A model generated the notes under the pieces. It worked only from the letters and a program-made list of their open reading frames with translations. It had not been told where the DNA came from and searched no databases. Positions 1 through 8,343 of a stretch of 32,000 nt of DNA are shown here, in pieces; within the stretch, counting starts at the first letter, position 1, and the number at the start of each line of letters is the position of its first letter. The position numbers were made by a program, and so were the translations under genes. The DNA comes from Paenibacillus apiarius. Lineage in GTDB: Bacteria; Bacillota; Bacilli; Paenibacillales; Paenibacillaceae. Where the stretch lies: NCBI RefSeq assembly GCF_026794045.1, contig NZ_JAMDLW010000016.1; one strand, 5' to 3'.

Positions 1-227
1 TTGTCCCGCGCAATTAGTATCGCTGAAAACATTGTCAAAAATGAAAATCCAAACACCATCATTCCTGGCGATAAGTTCACAGCTTTAAAAATATCAACGG
101 GCGCGTTTTTTTCTAGCAGCGAAAAAATAAGGAGTAAAATAAGCGGCATAGCGATACCGAGTAATGCCGTAAGCGGATCACGAGTAATCTCTTTGCGATT
201 GCGTGTTGCAAAATATGAGTATCTCAT
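1..227 (-). CDS. ABC-2 type transporter permease, N-terminal part (gene runs off the left edge)
   Basis: Absent from the ORF track because the window edge truncates it. The reverse strand from ATG at 227 reads MRYSYFATRNRKEITRDPLTALLGIAMPLILLLIFSLLEKNAPVDIFKAVNLSPGMMVFGFSFLTMFSAILIARD. This is a hydrophobic, ABC-2-permease-like N-terminus. The ATG overlaps (ATGA) the last stop of the upstream ATPase relic. Confidence 0.55.
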   Translation of the reverse strand, partial: MRYSYFATRNRKEITRDPLTALLGIAMPLILLLIFSLLEKNAPVDIFKAVNLSPGMMVFGFSFLTMFSAILIARD

Positions 228-455
228 TGTATAGCCCTCCGTTGTGTGAGTTCTACAAAGGCGTCCTCCAAATTATCCGTACCCGTCTGAGCTTTTAGCT
301 CCGCAACCGTGCCAATTGCATACCGCCGGACAATGTTTTTGCATTATTGGTAAACACCTCACTTAAACCAAAGTCTTCAAGCATTTTAATCGTGGTCGTT
401 TTTCCTGCACCATTCACGCAATTGATAGGTTCAGGGCAACATATTTTTCCAATAA
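224..455 (-). pseudogene. Heavily deleted ABC transporter ATP-binding protein relic
   Basis: The reverse strand reads in three different frames. These are EKYVALNLSIA, then CVNGAGKTTTIKMLEDFGLSEVFTNNAKTLSGGMQLARLRS*, then VAELKAQTGTDNLEDAFVELTQRRAIQ*. Walker A is joined almost directly to the LSGGM signature, and Walker B and the H-loop are missing. Confidence 0.6.
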
Positions 456-569
456 TATATAGAAAAAGAGAGCATCAACCTCTCTTTTATTTGGCTAACG
501 GAATGATCGAATACGTATCGGGCATGATAGGTGTTAAACACACGATTTTAAATTTGAGGTGGCTACAAA

Positions 570-800
570 ATGAGTAATGGAATCAGTATATGGACACTTA
601 AAAAAATGCCGATGCAGCATGTGGTTCGATACATTGAGGAGAACAGCGGTATCGAATTTCAAGCTCGGATGGCTAATATGAGCCATAACAATTACGGAAA
701 ATTAACATCCGCTCAAGCGCAGGAACAACTGGCGACTGCCATCTCACGAATGAATGAGGAACAGTATACGGAGTACTTGTTAGAGTTGATAGACGAGTAA
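570..800 (+). CDS. Small hypothetical protein (76 aa)
   Basis: ATG preceded by GAGGTGG about 7 nt upstream. The ORF is intact and followed by a hairpin at 808-836. I recognise no family. Confidence 0.5.
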   Translation: MSNGISIWTLKKMPMQHVVRYIEENSGIEFQARMANMSHNNYGKLTSAQAQEQLATAISRMNEEQYTEYLLELIDE

Positions 801-807
801 AGAAAAA

Positions 808-836
808 TCCGTCACAGCGTTCAACACGTTGACGGA
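808..836. terminator. Bidirectional hairpin terminator candidate
   Basis: TCCGTCA / TGACGGA arms with an A-run on the left and a T-rich stretch on the right. On the minus strand the stem is followed by TTTTTCTTT, downstream of the lipoprotein gene that ends at 864. Confidence 0.5.
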
Positions 837-863
837 GTACTTTGTACATATGTTCATGTTACC

Positions 864-2258
864 TTAATTAGCTTTTCTGGCCGCTTTCTTCGCTTCATGT
901 GCTTTGAACAGCGCTTCTTGTCCCTTCACTTCCAGCTCGGCAATCGCTTCATCTAGCGTTTTTTGATTATCAATGATTGCTTGCAGCGCTTCTGACAATA
1001 GAGGCCGGAATAAGCCAATGAAATCTTCAGGGACATTTTTGTTGCCCCACAATCCTTCATAAGCAGACACTGCCTTCGGCTTCAGAAGATAGAATGCTTC
1101 TGTGCTCCTCCCTTCAAGCTCCTTAAAATAGTCATTGCGTGTAGGCAATTTTCCGTTGTTCGTTTTCGAAGTGGCCTGGGCCATGTCCGTGCCATTCACG
1201 AACTTGACAAATTCCCATGCCGCACGCTTGTTATGGGAATCAGCAGCTATCGCATAAATTTCAGACAGCCGCACATTCGCCGATTCATCTGGAGTTGAGG
1301 CATCAATTGGAGTTGTAACGATGTCCCAGTCGATTTTCTTTAGTGTCTTGTCATAGAGTGGAATATCTCTCAACTCACTCGTAAACCAAGGTCGATGGAA
1401 CGTCATCGCAGCTTGTCCCTTGAAAAAGAGCTCATACCTGTGATTCGGCCGGTTGCCATTCCCATCTTGAGGCGGAATGTATACAGACTTGTTGCGCGCA
1501 GCATCTGTTGCCAGCTTAATGGCCTCCTTCCAGCCGTCCGAGTTAATGAGCAGCTTTTCTGCTTTCACATCGAACAGCCTCAGCCCGGAGGAAGCAACAA
1601 TCTCATACATCAATTGTTCGGGACCGCCGTAATCTTGATACAATCCATACACTTGATTGTCTCCCGAGCCTACATTAGAGAATCTGCTGGCCAAATCTAT
1701 TAATTCCTTCCAGCTCATCTGGTTTCTCGGCGGCTCTATATGATGCTCCTTGAATAACTCACGGTTGTAATACAATACGGTTGTTTCAAAATAGGGGGCC
1801 AACCCATACAGCTTCCCATTGCCCTTCGCTCTAATCCTGTCGATAAGTCCGGGCATGAACCCTTCAATATCATATTTGTCTTGTTGAACGGCCTCTTCAA
1901 TACTGTACAGCCTTCCTTCTTGTGTGAAAGCTTCGAACATGCTCTCATCGAGCAACAAGACATCCGGCTTATACTTGTCTAATAATTTTCTCCGTTCTTC
2001 ATCAAAGTCAACAGATTCACCCTGTCCAAAGTTCGCAAACAGCTCAGTCTGGCTAATCACTTCGATATCAATATCAGGGTATTTCATTTTAAAGAAGTTC
2101 CCGTAATCCCGGTAAAACGCATCTTCATCCTGATAGACGACCTTAATCTTCCCTTTGCCCTCTTTTAATGGCTCCAGCTCTGATTTCCCTCCGAAGCAGC
2201 CGCTTAACAAAGCCATAATCGTCAGCAGCATGATTCCGGCTCTCCATTTCTTCCGCAC
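864..2258 (-). CDS. Extracellular solute-binding lipoprotein (ABC-type, family 1-like), copy 1
   Basis: I trimmed the track ORF (864-2342) to GTG at 2258, which has GAAGGAGAA 8 nt upstream. This gives VRKKWRAGIMLLTIMALLSGC, with an LSGC lipobox collinear with the paralogue's start. The trimming removes the overlap with the upstream gene. Confidence 0.85.
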   Translation of the reverse strand: MRKKWRAGIMLLTIMALLSGCFGGKSELEPLKEGKGKIKVVYQDEDAFYRDYGNFFKMKYPDIDIEVISQTELFANFGQGESVDFDEERRKLLDKYKPDVLLLDESMFEAFTQEGRLYSIEEAVQQDKYDIEGFMPGLIDRIRAKGNGKLYGLAPYFETTVLYYNRELFKEHHIEPPRNQMSWKELIDLASRFSNVGSGDNQVYGLYQDYGGPEQLMYEIVASSGLRLFDVKAEKLLINSDGWKEAIKLATDAARNKSVYIPPQDGNGNRPNHRYELFFKGQAAMTFHRPWFTSELRDIPLYDKTLKKIDWDIVTTPIDASTPDESANVRLSEIYAIAADSHNKRAAWEFVKFVNGTDMAQATSKTNNGKLPTRNDYFKELEGRSTEAFYLLKPKAVSAYEGLWGNKNVPEDFIGLFRPLLSEALQAIIDNQKTLDEAIAELEVKGQEALFKAHEAKKAARKAN

Positions 2259-2301
2259 GATTTTTATTCTCCTTCTTCTATTTATGCTGTAAAAACGCGA
2301 G

Positions 2302-3672
2302 TTACTTCCGTTCATTTGCCTTCTTGGACTCCTTCGCTTCACGCGCTTTTAGCAGCGTTTCTTGCCCCCTTTTTTCCAGTTCGGCAACCGCTTCGTCTAT
2401 CGTCTTCTTATTATCGATGACAGCTTGCAGCTCTTCTAACAATGGTTTATCAAATAAGCTGGAAAATTCTCTGGGCACATTTTTATTGTCCCACATCCCT
2501 TCTGCTTCCTTCACCTTCAGGAGATAGAACGCTTCTGTGCTTTTACCATTAATTTCTTTCATATAGCCATTGCGTGTAGGCAATTTTCCGTTAATCGTTC
2601 GCGAATAGGCCTGGGCCATTTCCGTTCCATTCACGAACTTGACCAATTCCCATGCCGCTCGCTTATTCTGGGAATCGGCAGCTACCGCATAAATGTCTGG
2701 CAAAGTTATACTCGCAGATTCATCCGAAGGATCTACTGGAGTTGTAACCACTCCCCAATCTATCTCCTTTTCTCCCTCTACATAAGTTGGACGCTGCTTT
2801 AACTCTAACGTAACAAATGCGGAATTGAACATCATCGCAGCTTGTCCCTTGAAAAAGGGCACCTTCTGACTATAAATCTGATCTTGAGGGTGAAAAAATA
2901 CGGACTTATTGCGCACTGCGTTTGTTGCCAGCTTGATTGCGTTTTTCCAGCCGTCTGAGTTAATGAGCACCTTTTCTCCCTTCGGATCGAACAGCCTCAG
3001 CCCGGAGGAAGAGCCGATCCGGTACATTAACCTTCCGGGATCACCGAAAGCCTCATACAATCCATACACTGGATTGTCGCCCGATCCAACATTGGAGAAT
3101 CTTCCGGACAAATCGAACAATTCCTGCCAGCTCATCTTGTTGGTTGGCAGTTCGATATGATGCTCCTTGAATAATGCGCGATTGTAATACAGTACTTCCC
3201 TCTCAAAATGGGGGGCCAACCCATACAACTTCCCTTCTCCCCTCGCTTTAATCTTGTCGATAAGACCAGGCATGAATCCTTCAATATCATAGTCATCTTG
3301 CTGGATGGCCGCTTCAATATTGTACAGTTTTCCTTCTTGTGCAAAAGTCTCGAACAGGAGCTCATCCAGCAGCAATACATCTGGCTTATGCTTCTCCAAG
3401 AACTTCTTCCTTTCTGCATAAAAGTCATCAATAGTTCCTCCATTTGGCAGGTTTAGGAACATTTCAGTTTGGCTGATGACTTCAATTTCAATCTGAGGGT
3501 ATTTCATATTAAAAAGTTTTCCGTAATCGCGGTAGAACGCATCTTCATCCTGATAGACAACCTTGATCGTGCCCGCTTGCAGTGGCTCCAGTACTTGGTT
3601 CTTCCCGAAACAGCCGCTTAACAAAGACATGATCGTCAGCAGCATGATTCCGACTCTCCATTTCTTCCTCAT
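2302..3672 (-). CDS. Extracellular solute-binding lipoprotein (ABC-type, family 1-like), copy 2
   Basis: ATG at 3672 with an AGAGGGAGAG RBS. The signal and lipobox read MRKKWRVGIMLLTIMSLLSGC. The protein is collinear with copy 1 over its whole length. Confidence 0.85.
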   Translation of the reverse strand: MRKKWRVGIMLLTIMSLLSGCFGKNQVLEPLQAGTIKVVYQDEDAFYRDYGKLFNMKYPQIEIEVISQTEMFLNLPNGGTIDDFYAERKKFLEKHKPDVLLLDELLFETFAQEGKLYNIEAAIQQDDYDIEGFMPGLIDKIKARGEGKLYGLAPHFEREVLYYNRALFKEHHIELPTNKMSWQELFDLSGRFSNVGSGDNPVYGLYEAFGDPGRLMYRIGSSSGLRLFDPKGEKVLINSDGWKNAIKLATNAVRNKSVFFHPQDQIYSQKVPFFKGQAAMMFNSAFVTLELKQRPTYVEGEKEIDWGVVTTPVDPSDESASITLPDIYAVAADSQNKRAAWELVKFVNGTEMAQAYSRTINGKLPTRNGYMKEINGKSTEAFYLLKVKEAEGMWDNKNVPREFSSLFDKPLLEELQAVIDNKKTIDEAVAELEKRGQETLLKAREAKESKKANERK

Positions 3673-3835
3673 AATTTTCTCTCCCTCTTCTATTTATAAT
3701 TGACCACAATTTATGATGATCTCGTGTCAGCGATTCATATAAATACGGCTTAAACGCCACAGGTTCACCTCCCTTGCGCTTTCATCCTATATAACAATCC
3801 AAATCTTCGAATTGTGACATTCGTTCAAATGCGAT

Positions 3836-3884
3836 TCAAAAAACAGATAGCGCCAACCGAATGGTGGTCCATCCAATTGGCGCT
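3836..3884 (-). terminator. Rho-independent terminator candidate downstream of the GNAT gene
   Basis: Minus strand: AGCGCCAA ... TTGGCGCT stem (plus-strand 3849-3884), extended by wobble pairs, followed by ATCTGTTTTTTG. Confidence 0.5.
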
Positions 3885-3935
3885 GTTCCTATATTCATAT
3901 CTATTTTGAAAGTTCCGATGCTTTCGGGTTATTTT

Positions 3936-4568
3936 TTAACCAGAAATCGTCTGCTGCACAATCGGCTTGCGCATATAGTGGACTGCCGTAAAGCCTGCCC
4001 TCGATGTAAGAAATCCGAATTTCTCCGTGCCGGTAAGGACAAATCCGATTCGTTCATACAGCTTCCGAGCTTGAGGGTTGGTATCAACCACTTCCAGTAC
4101 AACGCTTGTTTTGCCGATTTCCGACGCGGTCTCCAGCACTTTGTGCAGCAGTCCGCTTCCGACTCCCAGCCCTCTTGCCTCATTTGCAACCGCGATCGAA
4201 TCGATCCGCAGCTCGTTCTCCTTAGGGATCCCGTCGAAAAATTTGTAGATTTGATAAGCAGCATATCTCCAGACGCCTCCAAAAAAGCCGAACGACTCCG
4301 AGAAAGACTTACATGTAACGTGGATATAGGGCTCCTTATCCTTCTGCAGCCCGACGATTCCGATCACCCTACCCTCTTTAAGCGCATAAAATCCTTTCTT
4401 AATCGTGAGGGTTCTAGTCAGAAAAGCGATGCCTTGCCGGGGCTTGTCGGTAAACAGCCACAAATACTTCAACTTATGCTTGAAGGCCTCGTAGTAAATG
4501 CCTGCCGCTTGCTCCGTTTGCTCGCCTGTAAGAACATTGGTAATAGTCCATTCACTTTGCTGTGCCAA
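3936..4568 (-). CDS. GNAT family N-acetyltransferase
   Basis: TTG start at 4568 with AAGGAGG 8 nt upstream. The acetyl-CoA binding motif A region reads IAVANEARGLGVGSGLL. The 305-aa plus-strand ORF across it is an antisense artefact. Confidence 0.85.
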   Translation of the reverse strand: MAQQSEWTITNVLTGEQTEQAAGIYYEAFKHKLKYLWLFTDKPRQGIAFLTRTLTIKKGFYALKEGRVIGIVGLQKDKEPYIHVTCKSFSESFGFFGGVWRYAAYQIYKFFDGIPKENELRIDSIAVANEARGLGVGSGLLHKVLETASEIGKTSVVLEVVDTNPQARKLYERIGFVLTGTEKFGFLTSRAGFTAVHYMRKPIVQQTISG

Positions 4569-4852
4569 ATACTATACCTCCTTATCAGGGTTTCCCGTTT
4601 TGATGCTATGATCCTCTCGACCAGGAACTCCGTAACCGCATCTAGAATTACATTATGCCTTGCCATCTTCGCCGCTGATCTGGCATTTTTCATCGTTCAA
4701 CCCCTCATTCTCGATTCCTCAGAAAAAAGATGGAAAGATCTTGCTACCTTGCATCATAAATCTTACGCTTCAAGTTGATTGATTTATGCTTCGGTATATC
4801 GCATGTTCATATTCCGATTTTTTGGTTTACATTTAATTTTAAACGCAAAGAA

Positions 4853-4891
4853 CCCGAGAAAGGCACTTTTTTCAAAGTGTCCATCTCTCGG
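4853..4891 (-). terminator. Terminator candidate downstream of the SUFU-like gene
   Basis: Nested arms CCGAGA/TCTCGG and CACTTT/AAAGTG. On the minus strand the stem is followed by GTTCTTTGCGTTT. Confidence 0.5.
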
Positions 4892-4988
4892 CGCGTAAAG
4901 CATTGTCCAGATCAGACCTGCTGCGATCCGGTTTATTCCAAGTCGACTGTCTGATAGTGTTGGTCCATCGAATGTGTATAATAAGTTG

Positions 4989-6050
4989 TTATCCGATGAC
5001 CTTTACAACGTTCCCTTCATTGTCTGTAATATTGGTTTTTACAATTTGAATGGCGATTCCTTTTAAAGAAGGGATTTCAAATATGCTTTCCTTCGGAAGC
5101 AACCTCTTACTGAACTCGGCGGCCGTCACATCATCCAGCACAAACCGGACTTCGTCCTCTCCAGATATACATTCTGGCTTCTCACCCGGATCAAAAACAA
5201 CCCGGACGCCAGATCCAACCAGGCTCAGTTTGTTACCTTTCATAATACGCCCGCGAAGCAGTTTTCCGATGATTTCAGCTTGCTTGGCCCCTAACTTGAG
5301 TGTGGATGGAGTCTTACTTAACCAACCCTTCTTACCCGGCTCCCAAGCCAGCTGACTCACAAATAAAAAGCCGGTGTTTGAGCCTTCTTGTTCCATCCCT
5401 GTATGTACAGCCTCGGAAACGGCAGAAATCCGAAGAAGAGAAGCACGCTCTAAATCTGTTATGTAATACGGCATGTACTGTAAACCAGTCGAGAGCACTC
5501 CAAGCGTGTTCCACGTCTGCATCGCTTCAAGTTCATCGCCTGTGATTCCAATCATCTGCAAAAATTGTACCCGTCCATTTGGCGTATCGATTGCAGCAAG
5601 TTCCGGATCATTGACAAAAGCTAGTGCGGTCAGTTGGGTATCGGATTCCAGACATATAGGACCGTTCGCATCCAAATAATCACCCGCTCTAAAAACATTG
5701 CCGCTGTTAAAAACGTATCTCCCCATATTTTGCAGCAGATTCAGCGCCCATGCCGGCGGTTCTTCCTCTTCTTCCTTTCGGGTTAGCCGAAATGTCAATT
5801 CAAACCCATATCCGCTATCCTCAGTATTGTCGGATTCCTTGTCATAGAGCTCTGAAAATCCATAAGTTACAAAATGCCAATGAGGATTTGGCCTGTCCAC
5901 CTTGTAGGCACTAATCCCATCCAATGGATCTGGGCCTCCGAGTGCATAAGGCATGTACGTTCCGTAATGCTTCGGCTCCTGTTCCCCGTAAATTTTCGAC
6001 ATCTCCTGATCAATGGCATCCCAGCCAGTTGTAGTAACTTCTTCGGTCAT
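4989..6050 (-). CDS. SUFU (suppressor-of-fused)-like domain protein with C-terminal extension
   Basis: GGGAGGT RBS 8 nt before the ATG. The N-terminal ~200 aa (WDAID..IYG..PKHYGT..PYALGGPDPLDGISAY...PNPHWHFVTYGFSELY...SGYGFELTFRL) match my memory of bacterial SUFU-family proteins. Confidence 0.65.
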   Translation of the reverse strand: MTEEVTTTGWDAIDQEMSKIYGEQEPKHYGTYMPYALGGPDPLDGISAYKVDRPNPHWHFVTYGFSELYDKESDNTEDSGYGFELTFRLTRKEEEEEPPAWALNLLQNMGRYVFNSGNVFRAGDYLDANGPICLESDTQLTALAFVNDPELAAIDTPNGRVQFLQMIGITGDELEAMQTWNTLGVLSTGLQYMPYYITDLERASLLRISAVSEAVHTGMEQEGSNTGFLFVSQLAWEPGKKGWLSKTPSTLKLGAKQAEIIGKLLRGRIMKGNKLSLVGSGVRVVFDPGEKPECISGEDEVRFVLDDVTAAEFSKRLLPKESIFEIPSLKGIAIQIVKTNITDNEGNVVKVIG

Positions 6051-6316
6051 TTTTTGTTACCTCCCATATATTCTCTTAAAAATTATGAAATCTATAAATT
6101 TAAAAAAATCAGGATATTGAAATCCTTATTGTCCATGGATAGATGGATCAGAAGGAAGGGGTCCCAAAGCCTGAATACTCAATAAAGTATAAAGCTTTAT
6201 GGCAACGATTATCAATTATGATCGTGAGATGTGGAAACGGAAAAATAGTTGCTTTAAAAATATACAAATTGTAAATTATAAATAAAAGTTATCTACAATT
6301 TAAGGATGGGAAATAA

Positions 6317-6535
6317 TTGAACATCAATCAAAAAGCTATTGAATTACTTGAAAACAATGAATATGAAGATGCGTTAAAGTTATTTTCAAAAAGCAGTGGA
6401 TGAATCAAGAAACATACGAGTTTGGAAAATTTGGAAACCTTCTTTGATACAGAAGAATCTAATCCCACAGGAAAAAATACAAGTCTTTCTAAAATGGAAA
6501 ACAGGTTTAGCAACATATTCAAAAAGGACCGTTAG
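6317..6535 (+). pseudogene. Small TPR-like ORF interrupted by an in-frame TGA
   Basis: TTG at 6317 after AAGGA. It reads LNINQKAIELLENNEYEDALKLFSKSSG, then TGA (6401-6403), then IKKHTSLENLETFFDTEESNPTGKNTSLSKMENRFSNIFKKDR* in the same frame. It ends exactly at a strong terminator. Confidence 0.3.
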
Positions 6536-6547
6536 GTCCTTTTTTGT
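6521..6547 (+). terminator. Rho-independent terminator
   Basis: AAAGGACC gtta GGTCCTTT perfect 8-bp stem followed by a T-run. Confidence 0.65.
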
Positions 6548-7076
6548 CTTTTACTTATTGAACAAAAGCACCTAGTTAGCACAATATGCCTTATATAAAT
6601 ATTAGTCACATCGGTTGGAAAGAAGACAGCCGTTTTAGTGTCTCGGACAGCAGATCTTGTTTAGTCTCTAGTTTAGAAAGTTCGTCTTTCACTCGGTCGA
6701 TACTTTTGGATAACGTTTCCTTTGGGATTTTCCCCTGATTGCCTCGATAAGTTGAAATGCTTCCGCTTGAACTTCAAAATTCCCTGTTATCAATTGATTT
6801 AATAAAAAATCAAGGTGCTGGGAGCAATCGAATGGTTGTAGAGCGTATTTGGTCTGGGAATTTTTATAAAAAACGCTCCCGTAGCATTAACAAGAAATAA
6901 GGACCGCCGCAGCGATCATCACTGGAAATGAGATCGAATCTTCCGACCGCAGGCGAAAGGTAATGGCTTGAAAAGTACAAAGCCATTTTGTCTTGAACAA
7001 TGATAACTGATTATACAGATTCATTTCCTCGACCGCCCACCGAGTAACCGGATTATCTTATTATTTTGACGATTGG

Positions 7077-7116
7077 AAAGGACCGAGAACGGTGTGGTTT
7101 TGAAATAAAGTTTGAT
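7077..7116. repeat. Left inverted repeat bracketing the ant gene
   Basis: AAAGGACCGAGaacggTGTGGTTTTGAAATAAAGTTTGAT. Its partner is the reverse complement of 8308-8343. I count 32 matching positions with one 5-nt indel. Confidence 0.7.
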
Positions 7117-7180
7117 AATTTATAATAAAGATTGATCATTTGAAATAAAGAACAATAATTTATATTAAAGTTTGATAAAA
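7101..7180. repeat. Four phased 20-bp tandem repeats (two 40-bp units)
   Basis: The units are tgaaataaagtttgataatt, tataataaagattgatcatt, tgaaataaagaacaataatt and tatattaaagtttgataaaa. They align in exact 20-bp register, with T at position 1, TAAAG at 6-10 and AT at 15-16 invariant. Confidence 0.75.
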
Positions 7181-7292
7181 TGTTCTGTAAAAAATGTTTC
7201 TTCTGTTCAGTAATCGGTCATTTAATTGAATACCAATGAAACCAATATAAACGTACATTATGCGAACAAAATCAGAGGAGAGGAGTTTGTAG

Positions 7293-8096
7293 TTGATGAG
7301 CGATTTGAGTAACGAAAAAATACCAAAACAAGCGATGCAAGCATTAAAAATCGTAGAGGAGTTGCTTGGAAGTTCGATAGTCGGGGTATATCTATTTGGT
7401 TCTGCAGTAAATGGTGGCTTACGCATTAACAGTGATGTAGATGTCCTAGTGGTCGTGAATCATAGTTTACCTGAAGTAACTCGAAAAAAACTAACAGACA
7501 GACTAATGCTTATATCTGGAAAGATAGGAAATACAGATTCTGTGAGACCACTTGAAGTCACGGTTATAAACCATAGCGATGTTGTACCTTGGCTATATCC
7601 ACCAAGAAATGAATTTACCTATGGTGAGTGGCTCAGGAGTGAGTTTGAGAAAGGACAAATCCAGGAACCAACCTATGACCCTGATTTGGCTATTGTTTTA
7701 GCACAAGCGAGAAAGAATAGCATTTCTCTATTTGGTCCTGATGCTTCAGATATACTTGACCCCGTTCCGATGACAGATATTCGAAGAGCGATTAAGGAGT
7801 CTTTGCCTGGGTTGATTGAGGGTATCAAAGGGGATGAGCGTAATGTAATTTTAACCCTGGCTCGAATGTGGCAGACAGTGTCTATCGGTGAAATTTCTCC
7901 AAAAGATGTGGCTGCAAAATGGGCTTTACCTCGGTTGCCCAAAGAATATTCGACTTTACTCAACTTAGCCAGAAAAGCCTATCGAGGAGAATATGTTGAT
8001 AAATGGGAAGGACTGGATTCCGAGGTGACAGCACTCGTTACTCATATGAAAAACTCTATAGAATCTTGTCTTAGCCAGACCCAGGAAAAGCGATAA
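7293..8096 (+). CDS. ant(9): Aminoglycoside nucleotidyltransferase, ANT(9)/ANT(3'') (AadA) family; probable spectinomycin adenylyltransferase
   Basis: Nucleotidyltransferase motif GVYLFGSAVNGGLRINSDVDVLVVV, then GDERNVILTLARMW and KDVAAKWA. The protein is collinear with AadA-type proteins and, from memory, closest to Tn554-type ANT(9). GAGGAGAGGAG RBS. The start is either TTG 7293 or ATG 7296. Confidence 0.85.
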   Translation: MMSDLSNEKIPKQAMQALKIVEELLGSSIVGVYLFGSAVNGGLRINSDVDVLVVVNHSLPEVTRKKLTDRLMLISGKIGNTDSVRPLEVTVINHSDVVPWLYPPRNEFTYGEWLRSEFEKGQIQEPTYDPDLAIVLAQARKNSISLFGPDASDILDPVPMTDIRRAIKESLPGLIEGIKGDERNVILTLARMWQTVSIGEISPKDVAAKWALPRLPKEYSTLLNLARKAYRGEYVDKWEGLDSEVTALVTHMKNSIESCLSQTQEKR

Positions 8097-8307
8097 CAAT
8101 ACAATGGAAATTTTGTACACATTTTCTAGAACTATATATCATTAATGAGATATTGCAGAATCCTCAAACGGAAATAAAGGGAAAGTTGTTTTAATGAACG
8201 GATGAAACCACCTTTCACTTAACTGAAATTTTATTCCGTTGAAGAGCGCGTTTGTTGAAGATCAACAGTAGAAAATAATCAAAATGTGGGCTTGGGAGGT
8301 GCTTTTA

Positions 8308-8343
8308 ATCAAACTTTATTCCAAACCTACACTCGGTCCTTTT
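8308..8343. repeat. Right inverted repeat bracketing the ant gene
   Basis: ATCAAACTTTATTCCAAACCTACACTCGGTCCTTTT is the reverse complement of the left repeat at 7077-7116 (with mismatches and one indel). Confidence 0.7.

Noticed and set aside
2259-2342. Extended start (ATG 2342) of lipoprotein copy 1
   Set aside because: The extension is Arg-rich junk overlapping the upstream paralogue. GTG 2258 with GAAGGAGAA gives a signal peptide collinear with the paralogue.
4615-4693. Short ORF upstream of the GNAT gene starting MKNARSAAKMARHNVILDAVTEFLVER (TetR-like N-terminus)
   Set aside because: Only about 26 residues resemble a TetR HTH lead-in. The frame then diverges and runs into the GNAT gene. 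It may be a relic, but it is too short to call.
3861-4778. 305-aa plus-strand ORF
   Set aside because: It runs antisense across the well-supported GNAT gene (3936-4568). It has no RBS, an odd Cys/Arg/Leu-rich composition and no recognisable motif. I treat it as a shadow ORF.
6600-7070. Possible degraded regulator gene (coiled-coil tail ETLSKSIDRVKDELSKLETKQDLLSETLKRLSSFQPM* and LDFLLNQLITGNFEVQAEAFQLIEAIRGK on the minus strand)
   Set aside because: The fragments lie in different frames with several stops and no diagnostic motif. I could not assign a family (MerR-like is only a guess), so I do not list it as a feature.
8255-8280. Integron attC (59-be) site downstream of the aadA-family gene
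   Set aside because: The palindrome TGTTGAagaTCAACA is present, but neither arm fits the RYYYAAC/GTTRRRY core sites. No integrase or attI is nearby.
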